This document shows, one piece after another, positions 27,601 to 39,600 of a DNA stretch of 40,179 nt. Below the pieces are notes generated by a model. It searched no databases, was not told where the DNA came from, and saw nothing but the letters and a program-made list of their open reading frames with translations. Numbering within the stretch: the first letter of the stretch is position 1; every line of letters begins with the position of its first letter. The DNA lies in the NCBI GenBank assembly GCA_008636045.1, contig SNRW01000025.1:1-40179 (forward strand), in the 5' to 3' direction. The position numbers and the translations under genes were made by a program. The DNA comes from Streblomastix strix. Taxonomy: Eukaryota.

Positions 27601-30600
27601 TACATGCACTTACTATCTTGTCTTTATATTAATTTTGCCTTTTTGATGGTGATTAGCTAGGTTGAGATGTTTGATTCTTTATAGAGCTAGGTGATTAGAT
27701 TGATAATATTGATGTAGAAGGCGATTATGAACTTTCTATCTACGTCTCAAATAAAGAAGCAGGTTTGCCAAAAGTGAATATAATATATTGGATTGGAGTA
27801 TCAAGTGATTTATCTACATCAAAAACTTTTGCCCACCATTTTGTAACAATAATAAGAATAGGATGTAATTGTCTCAACCATTCAATATGCACAATCTCTT
27901 CTCTATCTTATGCAATTTGTTGAGCTGCATTTGCTTTATTTCCACTTCCACTACTCAATGGGGGTGATTATTAAATTGCATGGACTTCCATTAATGATTT
28001 AAGTTAATCAAGAGATTTAAATTATAACGATTTTACAAATTGAAGCTTAATAACATGAACTCTATTTTCGCCTGCTACAGCCAAAAGTTCGTTATGGAAA
28101 CAATGCTGAGTTATAAATTTAACTGAATATTATGTTTCTACATGGAATTGTTAAAGATGGTCTACGGAAGTGATGTAATTTAATCTTGGTGCATCTATAA
28201 TTCGAGTAGATAATTGTGCCCCTACTCCAGGTTCTCTCAGTAATTATAGTTACTATTTCCTATTATTAAAATAATGAGAAGTTGGAGTCATAAATGGAGA
28301 AGAAAGTAGTTTCAATATTTCAGGAGCTCTTTCAAGTGAAATCTTATATGGTGTAAATCTCACATTGAATCTTTTTTCATCTTAATTCTACTATTTTCCA
28401 TCTTTAAATTCATTATCTCCAGATCCTCCTTTTTCTTCTTCTTATTTCTTCTTTCTCTCTCGTTTCTCTTTCTTTAACTACTTCCTTTATTCTTCAAATG
28501 CATTCCATAAGTTTTCTTCATAATAAGATAAAGATTGAATATTAAAATTCTAAAAATCATAATTTTCATTATTCCCCGATTCTGAATTTCCTTGTTATCC
28601 AATTTGATATAAAAGAGATTCAAATAAACTTGAAACTTCATATCCTCTGAATTATCTTTTCTAATTATATATATGATTATGTCTTCGCTTATTTTTCATT
28701 CTAATATTTCTATCTTTATCTTTAACACTTGATGATTATGATTATTCTGGTGTAGCCGATAATTTCTATTCCTTATCAATTAAAGTACCTTATGTTCCAC
28801 TATCCAATTAGCATTCATTCTTTGCTTATTTTACTACCTAATCTTTTGTCTATTTGCCATTAGGTTATTATTCATTAGAATCTTTCTATTTTCTAATATA
28901 AGTGTGAGTATGTGGAATTGGAGGATAATTAACATTAGGAGGGGAATGAACTCTTAATTAATTATAAGGTGAAACAGAGAATGAAGGGGGAGTTGAAGAA
29001 TTAAAAGGAGATATTGGAGATATTTAAGGGACTTAATTGAATTAAGCTTTCATTCTTAGATGAGGTGGAACTATTGGAGATTTTGATCTCATTGAATATT
29101 TTTATCCAATTGAACCCCACATATTTATTTCATGTTCACTGTCACTATCTGTTGTATGCTGGCTATCCTAATCTAATGGAGAATGTGAAAATAACTAAGT
29201 AGATATTGGACTGGGTGGTCTTATTTAATTATTTTCAGATTAATGATTTTACTCTTAAATGCCCCAGACTTTATTATTCAAATATGATGACTATTTATAT
29301 GGATGATATGAAAATGTCATTGGTCTATCAAAATTTTATTACTCTGGATTAATTTTCTAAGATTCTAATTATAAATTATTGTTCTTGTTATTAATGGAAT
29401 TCAAACCTCCAAGCTACTGTATTTGAGAATATTGAGAATAGCCAGATTTGAATTAATATCTATACTTATTAGAACTGCTAGCATCATTATTATTGAGTTA
29501 TAACTATTGTTATTGTAATTATAATTCTTTATCCAATATTTATTATTAGTTAGTGTGATGTTTCAAGATAGAAAATACTGGAGAATGAAGAGATCCATCA
29601 TTTTATAATGTCTTATTCTAAACATCTGATTATTGTTATGGAATTATTGTTTATTCAGTTAAAGAGGGTCTTGTTTATGTATGATTAGTTTGTTCAATTG
29701 TAGAGCTATTGACGTAGTATGAGCTATAAGGGGTGTATAATGAATGCTATTAAGCAGGCTATATATCATTTGTTTTTAGCGGTTATTAGTTCATTGGAGA
29801 CTAAAATGGCATTGGTGAGATATGGGGTGGAACTACAGAACCAAACTATGAATAATTATCACCAGCAAATCCGAAAGGAATTTAAGACTGTAATAATTAA
29901 TCCTTTATAAATGAAGGATGTGGTCCAAAAAATGATATTTGTTATTATTATATTTAATTTGATTATAAATCCTTATCTGATAAATTTATTTAGTCATTAT
30001 TGTTCTTTATCAATTCTTAAGGATATTATTATTAACCAAATTAACCAACTTACGCCGAGCCAACAAATATATTTTAATTCATATTTCCAAATTAATTTGG
30101 AGGAGGTTAAATGAATTGATATTATGGAGAATGGAATTAATTATATAGAGGCTGTTAATTATAAAATTAAGGAGATTGTTATAATTGTGTTTATTAATAC
30201 ATTTACATCTCATAATCCATTGGATATTACCCAAATTAATTCAAATTATTATTGGGTCCAAAAGGTTAAGGTTGGTTATTGAATCCAGGTTCATTTGGAG
30301 AAATAAATCCTCCTCCAAAACTATTATTATTCATATTAGATTATTAGTTTTATAATGAAAGGGAAAGCTATGGTGTGAATTGTGATGGATGAATTGGAGA
30401 TTACTACGACTAAGAATTTGATTAATTAGACTGAGTATATATATTGACATCATTCCCACTTGCATAAGGACTAATCTTATTACTATATATGTTATTGAAT
30501 GGATTATTTCCAACAATATTATTTTATTATCTCTATTATTCAAAAGTATCTGTTAAGTCACTAATTTATCTCCTGTTACTTAATTTATTCTTTTTGTGAT

Positions 30601-33600
30601 TATGTTTATGAGACATTTTATGAATAACATTTGAAGATTCTGGAACTTATGGTGTTATAAATATATTTGTATCTGATGATTAAGATTAAGATGAATTTGA
30701 TAATATTGGAGTTCGTATAGATCTTGAATTAAAATTATTTGATTAAATATGTGCATTTAAGCGATGATGAAGTTTGAATTACGATAATATTAAAGATGCA
30801 TCAGTGTGTGTGAGACCAAAGATATGATATACAAGTTTTGTAATAAATATAGCTTCCTTTCTATTCAAAAATGTTGGTTAACTTAACATTTATTAAAAGA
30901 AATAGTGGAAAATTGCTTTTCTTTTCTTCGTTTTTTCTAACTTCCACTCATCAAAAAAGTCGAGTGCCAGGCTATTTTCAGTATTATGTTAAATCTTTAC
31001 TATTTCTTTTCTATTACCGCTCAATTTCTTCTTAAAATCATTTTCAATGATGTATTGATCAGATAAAATATCCGTCTTCTCTTCAACTTGATCATTTAAT
31101 GATTCAGACGAGTCTCCATCATCTTCAAGTAAATCGAGGAATGAATTAATCCGACTCCACGAATTGGTGTTATAATCATCATTTTCATTTGATGTGAGTA
31201 ATTGTCTTTAATTGTTATCTTACTATAATCTCATTATCTTTCTTCCTGATTTATTATAGTCAGTGTAATATTATCCTATCAAAGATGATGATGAAGAAGA
31301 AGATGAATAAGAAGATGATGACGATGATTCAAATGCAATCTTTTTTCCATCTGAATCATATGAAGTAGATTCTGATGTAGAATCCGAGTCAATTATTTAA
31401 AATTTACCCTAATAACCTATTAAGCATCGTGTACTATCATTACTATCATCGCTGTCACTTCTATTACCAAATCTTTTCAGTTATTTCTTCTTCTTCTATT
31501 TCTTCTTCTTTTTCTTCTCTTTATCAATTTCACTCTTTTCTTTATCATTTACATTTTAACTTTTCTCTTAATCATTACCTTCATTAAATATTGATTCAAG
31601 ATTCACAAAATCTTCAAATTATTGACCACCGACTCCATAAATTTAATCTTTATTTTTCCTCCCTTTCTTCCCATTCAATTCATCTTATTCACTTCTTGAA
31701 CCTGATTATGTTGCATTTTTATCATCTTTTAGTTTCTACGCTGCTTTTGAAAGAGGTTAAGATGAAAAAGGAGGTTGAGGTGAAGTTTTTTATTTATTTA
31801 TTTCTTCTTTTTTATTTCTATCATCCATATTACTACCTCCTTTCTTATTATAATCTGCATAATCCTTCTTATTATCTTTATTATCTTATTCATTCTTTTA
31901 TTAATCATCTAATATACTTGGTAATCCACAAATGTTCAAAGCAATGTGTTCAAGTATATTGGAAGTACTTAAAATAGATATTCCTTCTTTATCTGCAACA
32001 GCAACTTAGTAGGGAGTTAACATTAAAATAGGTATGCCCCTTTGAATAACACGAACTTTGGCCTATTATGGAAAAGGCCTAATTTCTGGCTAATGAATAT
32101 TTGGTGGAGTTGGAATTGAAGAAGATTAATTCTTATCAAAAATATTGGATGTGTCATCGCCTGGTCTTATCCAATGAAGAGGAACTTAAGCCTTTCTTTG
32201 TATTGAAGGAGAAGATTAAGGAGAATCCATTGGAGCAAATGATTATTATTATGATGATTATGTGGATGTAGATATCTGTGGTATATTAAGAAATTAATTT
32301 GATGTTGATATATTTCTTGACCAAATTTGACTATCCCATTTCTCAGAAGACTAAATAGGTGGAATTATTAATGTATTTATATGCACTAATGGAATATATT
32401 ATTCTTTTTATTAAATTAATGTCTTTTTAATAATATTGATGTTATTATAATTTGAAATTTCTTTTTTCTTCACACTTTCATCTTCTTTGATCTTTTCTTA
32501 TTGAGTTCTTTAATCTTTGTCAATCACTTTAGATATACAATCTCCAATAAGCAAAATAGAATTGGCTCTCAACCTCTCTTAAACATCTGCTTTAGTATCA
32601 GATCCACTTCCAACTGCACTTTTATTATCATCTTTATTTTTAATTGTTGAAGATGAAGTAGATTTGTCTCCTTATTATGTTGAATGTCCAATTTACTTCT
32701 ATGAAAGAGATGATGATAACAATTCAACATTTGTTGAATTGAAAATAAGCGGTTTTTATAAATCAACAATTTTGGGGGTTATCATTGTAATCTATAAATT
32801 AGAATTATTATTATCCTTCTTAGATATAATCTAGTCTAAAATTTCATTATCATTTTCATTATCCTAATCTTTTTATTTCTCTTTAATTAATTGATTTCCT
32901 TCATATTTTTAATCACTTTTATGGATCTATTAATCTATTCTTATCTCCTTCATCAATACATCATCAACTTCAGCTCTATTCTTTGCAGTGTATATTCTAA
33001 AGAGTTATGCAAAGACACCATGAAGTACACGTGTAACTCTTTTAAGTGAAATTGATTCATTATTCTCTTCTTTATTTTCATCCTTCTTTTCTTTACTGGA
33101 TTCAGTTAATGCTAAGAATAAAGAATCGAAATCTTATGAAGAACTGATCCAGAGATTAGGATAACCTATCGCATCTTCATCTTCTCCATAAATATCACAT
33201 AGTTATTATAAAATATCCACATTAAATTCATTATCATAATTATTTTAACATTTATTCTATGTATTATTATTTCTTTTAAAATTCACTTATAATGAATATT
33301 TTTTCCTCATAAATTATATAGCTTTTGATATTTGAGAAGTTAGAATCCAATTCTTTGATGTATTTGGTGGAATTTTTCCTAATCCAAAAATATTTGCAGA
33401 TGAAAAATAAATATGAATAGGTTGCAAGCAATCTGAACATATCACTTATTAAAATGGTTTCTTTTAAGACTTATTTACAGATTTTAACTTGAGATGCAAA
33501 AGATTTGTTTTTCCTTCTCCTTCCTCATCCTCATCTTCTGTAATAGTGTCTTATATAATAGTGATATCATGTGAAGCATGAAGGAGTCTTGCACATACAG

Positions 33601-36600
33601 GACATACATACACAATATTCTTCTTATTCTTTTCATCATTCAAATTTCTCTGAATATTTCCTATTACTTATTTGTCTTCTGGTAATGATTTGGTTTTATT
33701 AGTTTGTTATTCATCATCTTTATTTATCTCCTCTTTATTTTTTCTATCTTCTTTATGTTAATTCAATGTTGCTGAGCATGTTCTGCAATGATAAACAGGA
33801 ATACCAACAAATGAAGGAAGCATCGAATGCTAACTATTATGCTACTCTGCCATTACATATTTTAATTTGTCTTTCTTTTCATATTTCTTTGCTAATTTCT
33901 CAATTAAACTTAACGAATATTATTCTGGCTCTTCATTTGATTCATCTTCTTTTTCTATATCTTATAATTAACATAATCCTAATTAACTAGATGTAACAAT
34001 ACGAAATACTAAGTCTTTTGTTAATATTGCATGTTATAATTATAATAAAAGTTATTTCTCCTCATTATCTTATTTATCTCTCTTCCAAACATTATCCATC
34101 GCTTTCTTTAAAAGTACTGCATTTGGACTAAGAGCAGCATTCATATAGAATACAAATGACATCCAAATTTATGCAGCATCAATATCCTTATATATAGAAC
34201 TGTTGAACATTAATTAGTTCTCAAAACGCTATCCATATGCATCAAGAGCATAATTAAACTTGTCAGATGGTGATCCACTTTTATCTCCTGATTATGAAGA
34301 TGAAGATGAAGAAGGTGAATCAGTTTTCTCGTGAGAATGAATATAATCATGCGAACTTTGGATATTTTGACTTGGTACTGCACCATGGGCAATTTGATTA
34401 CCAAGAAGTTTTTCTATTGTTGTATCAATATCTTCCTCTTAATTATTATCTTTCTATACATCTATTTCTGCTTTATCCTTTTTTTCGTCTTTAATATCTT
34501 TATTTTCGTTTAATTATAATGGTTCGATGATCTTATCTATTAATTACATGTCATCTATGGCTGTCTTTTGTACAATTGAATTGTTCCAAGCGCATTATTT
34601 ACCTGTAATACATGCTATTACGGATGATATATATGAAACAGCAATAATTACACCGCTCAATTGTGATGATTTTTTTATGATTATTTGTGAAAGAGGAAAA
34701 GGAATAGTTAAATTTTCTTAATTTTCATCTTTTTATTCGTTCTGCAATTTTACTTCATTCATCTTTGAAAGAAACTCGTTATCATCCCCTGGTTGCCAAC
34801 CAACAATTGCTTTCAAAATCTCTTTGTCAATTGGAAATGGATCAAATATTGAATTACTAATCGCTTTATCTTTAATGGACGCCTGTTTATCTTATTCTTT
34901 TTCTGATTTCTCTTCATCTTTCTATAATATTTCTTCCTATTTCTATAATGAAGGAGTGTCTTTAATTTCATCCTTTTCGACTTTTAGTTAGTTTTTATGT
35001 TCTTTCAATTAGATAATTCTCTTTTCATTCACAGCAAACTCAGATAAGAAAAGAATTACAGCAGAAAATAGGTCTGTTACTTTACCCACAATTACAGCCA
35101 ATTTCTGAGCTAATCTAAATAAGAATAAAGTGAGGGTATTAACAGAAGGAGAATGTGATAATGGTAATGAAATGAGATTATATATTGGTACTGAAGGATC
35201 TGGAATTTAATCAGATTCCATTTAAGATGTATTATTATCACTAAATGGAGAGAATGAAATGTGTTTAAGAAGAAGAGGAAGAAGATCGATAATTGATGAA
35301 AATACTAAATCTTAAATTCCAAAATATGATATTTGGTTCTCATTTGAATTATTATTATCTAACTTAGTATCAATAAAAGAAGGTGCAACGATTGGAGTTG
35401 AAGGGAAAACAAGTCCATATAAGAATGAGCAAATCAATCTTTACAATGCCAGTCTATAAAGAGCATCTCTTCTCCATATTGAATTCATAATTATTCCGTC
35501 TTTCAATTTAAGTCCCCAAGCATATGAGATTAAATCAATGAATAATCTTTTCCCTTTCTCTCTTTATCCATTGCAAGCTTCCCAAAGAGAATAACCAATA
35601 TGAGGACGAATCATTCTATCTTATATAAATACATGCAATAGTCTCAAAACAGAATATATTCCATCTCCATATATTCTATATTGAGATTGTTCGTTATCTT
35701 CAATACTCTCATTTGTACAACAACCAGATTAATGATTATATTCATATTCTGGCTTCAATCCATAATACTAATTATTATTGTTATTAAATTCTTCTTAAGA
35801 ATCGAAAGGAGACATAACCCCCAATATCTTCTTATGCAAAGATGAGCATTCTATTGCATTTATATTTAATGGATGATCAAGTACATATCTCAATGCTCCA
35901 ATCAGAGATGAAATTGGAAAAAGAGGTGTTTTATATATTTAATCATTATCTTCTTTCTTATCTACTTCTAATATATTCGTATAATGGTCATTCAAAGGAT
36001 GTGGAACCAATGAAATTACAAGTTTTGGTAATGAAATAGCAGCTTCACCATATTGAGAATTCTTTTTATTATAAATTTCATTTATATTTAATGGATCTAT
36101 TGGAACAATTACTCTAATTTATCTTGAATCTGGATAAGTTTCATAAGGAGATGGAATAAGAGGAGCAACTCCTTCAGCTCCACAGTGGCATATAGTAATT
36201 CCTTCATTATCTAATATAAATTCTTTTTCTATTTCTTATTCTCTCGCTTTCATATTAATAGTATCATTATTTACATCAAATTGTTATTGCTATTCATTTC
36301 TTTCATAATCTTCTTTAGTCTATGTAAAGAAGGAAGTAGTCAAGAAATGAGTGCGTTGACTGAAATAGTATTCAGAGATGAAGCGTAATGAACGAGTAAG
36401 AATTACTGAGATAACAGTGTTTCGTATTTCTTCTCTCATAATTTCATTTGATTCTTCAGAGATGTATATATATGATGATAGGGTTTTAATTTCCTATTCT
36501 TAATCTTCATTAATTTCTTCAGAATATTCTTCCTTCTTTTCACCAGTAATTTCATTTCTAAACAAGGAAAAGAAACGAGCAATTAAAGATAAATGGTGAG

Positions 36601-39600
36601 CAACGATGAATGCAGTTAACATTGGAGGTACTGCTTATGGATATTTAGAAATAAGCTTTATATCTTCATCCCATTTATATTCATCTTATTCATTTATATT
36701 CTTTAATATAGACAGACTTTATCTATTAGAGTTTGATGATGATTAATTAGTAATATTTGCATCAGTTGAGTGCAATGTATTAGGGGATTCTCTTTACGTT
36801 AAAGACGTTGAATTGATATCAAATTATTATTCAGATTATTTTGTTAGTGAATTATCCTCTATTAAGTTTTATTTTGAATTAGTTAATTTTTCTTTCTTTG
36901 CTAATTGATTCTTCAACTTAAGCTTTGATAGAGCATATGCAGAAGCATGTTATGATGTACCAACTAAGGCACCGAGAGCTGTGAGTGTAGCTTGTTGCTG
37001 AACTGGGCCAATTTCAATATGACTCAAAAGTTCAAACAATGTTTCTAAAAGTTTTGTTCCATCTTCTCCAATAATTGGAAGAGTAGATGAAATGCAATTA
37101 GCTGGATCAGGATAAAAGTAAAATGAAGGAAGAATTGGTTGTTTAATTTGTTTGGCCTAAGAATCAATATCGAATCCTTATTAAATATTTGATTATCCTT
37201 AATTTTCAATTCCTTGATCTTCATTATTATTACCTTATTTACTCACTATTTAATCTCCATCTTCTTTTTCTTCTTTTGATTCAACTTTATCAGTTTTATT
37301 CTCAGATATTTCAGATGATTTCTTATTCTCATTCTTATGATTACGATCATGCTACTTCGATTTTTATAATTTTCCAGATTTATGCTTAAAATTTCTTTTT
37401 TCTTTTTTCCCTTTCTTTTTCTAGTTTTTATTATTTAATTATTATTGATTCATGTTTGGGGGTAGAAGAAGATTCTGATCTGTTGTTTCTATTGTACTTT
37501 ACAATGAAGAAGAAGAAGAAGATGATGATGATTATTAAGGAGAATCTTTATCAACCACTTAACTATTTTGATCCAATAATTTTAGTACATCATTAGTATT
37601 TGATAATTCCTTACTAATAGTTATTTATTATAGATTTCCTGCACTTTTCAAAATATTCTCCACAATTGATCTAAGATGCTCTTTATTCTCGGGAGGAAGA
37701 TTAATTTCAACTTATTCGAGAAGTAGAATAATTTATATCATCTTCTTTCTAATATGAATATCATTTCCTAACACTCCCGAATTTTAATCTGCGTTTGATT
37801 GAAAGAATTGTTATATTATGTTAATTTTTAATTCAAGTTCGTTTTCTTCTTATTCATCTTAATCTTCATGTTGTATTTGTTCTAAAATGTTGATATCTCT
37901 GAGTAAATTTTAAGTATTATTATCTTAATTTTCTTCATTTCCATTTTAATCTTCACCATTTGATAACTTTCGAATTTAATCAAGGAAATCAATGCATTGC
38001 CTTTGGAGTTTATTTAATTTCAAAAGTCTTTCAGATTTTTATTCAAATCCACTTCCTGAATCCATAACTGAATGTTGAGCCTATTTGATAACTTCATTTA
38101 AAAGTAATATATTTTCTGAAAATTACACAATGTTTTATCCATTTGTATCTTTAGAATCTCTAGAAATAGATGAAGATGATGAATTCTATCCCATTCCTTT
38201 TAGAATACTGTTAAACATATCATATATTTTATTCTCTCTAATTGTGCTTGAAATGTTCTGATTTAAATTTAAATCTGCATCTAATTCTGCAGGGTACATT
38301 TCAGAGTAAACACTATGATCATCATCAGAACCAGATATCTATGAACTCACAGTGCTATCCTTGTCAATATCGTGGTTATGAAGAGAGTATATATCTTCAT
38401 TGTATTATGATACTTAATCTGTATCTAATAATAAAGATTTCTTATGTTCATCACCTTCAGCATAATCATCTCCATCATCATCTTCATCATCATCATTATC
38501 ATTATCATGATTGTTATGTTATGATTCTTAAGACTTATGAATATTCTAATAATCAAATTCTTCTTCTTAGTCTTATTCCTCTTCAACATCCTCTTCATCT
38601 CCTTCTCTTTCTCCATCATGATCTTCATTACCATCTTCTATAGTCCTCCTTTCCTAATGTCTACTTATACCCATAATATCTCTTAATTCATCTTCTGTAA
38701 TACCCATCTCTCTGCTCATTGTTGCTATTGTATCTGGATCAGTCATTATTCTCTCTTATTCTTAACGTTATTGATGATCAGGAGCAATTGAGCTTTTGTT
38801 TCTTTACTTTATTATATCAAGTGGTTTATCAATTACTTAATCTGGAAAATATCCTTCTTATTTAGTCTTAAATATTATTTATTCAAGTATTTATTATGTT
38901 GATTATTCAGATAATTCAACTTCAGAATTAATCAATGAATTTGGTTATTCTTTAGCAGGTGGTTCTACATCATCTTCTATAACTGATTATGCAATTGAAT
39001 AAGATAATAATGAATTAGAATGAAGTATATGATCATCGTTTTATGCTTTTTCTACATTTTTTTCTTAAATTTCTGTTTTTTAAGGAATAATTGAAGGAAT
39101 ATCGGGTTATTAAATTATTTATTCCTTTTCATCTCCTGTAGAAGTTACAGTAATAGTTGGATTTTAATTTGACTAAGATTCTTATCCTGAGATATAATTA
39201 TTAGATATCTATAATAATTCATTTAATAATTCCTGATCTGTTAATTCTAATTATTTGGGTTAATCAGATAATGAAGGTATCAATGCAGGAGATGATAATG
39301 TATTTGCTTATTCTTACTTAATAACATCTAATTATTTTGTTTCTTTATTTTAATCTTTTTCTTTATCTTATTCTTTATTTTAATCTTTTTCTTTATCTTA
39401 TTCTTTATTTTAATCTTTTTCTTTATCTTATTCTTTATTTTATTCTTCCTCTTTAACTTATTCTTTTTCTTTGTCTTATTCTTTAACTTATACTTTATCT
39501 TTATTTTAATCTTTTTCTTTCGTTTATTCTTATACTTTCTCTTATTCTTTTTATTTCTCTTTTTCTTTTTCTTTCTAAACCTCAATATTTTAATCTAATT

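Noticed and set aside
36176..36190. CHCGA as the end of the UBR box
   Set aside because: It lies ~800 codons N-terminal to YHCRTC/CPVC, which is the wrong order, and has no partner ligands nearby.
2186..38643. Plus-strand ORFs in the supplied track (e.g. 8736, 10878, 19188, 31591, 38242 poly-His)
   Set aside because: They are antisense shadows of the minus-strand genes and of their acidic or Lys-rich tracts, with no recognisable motifs.
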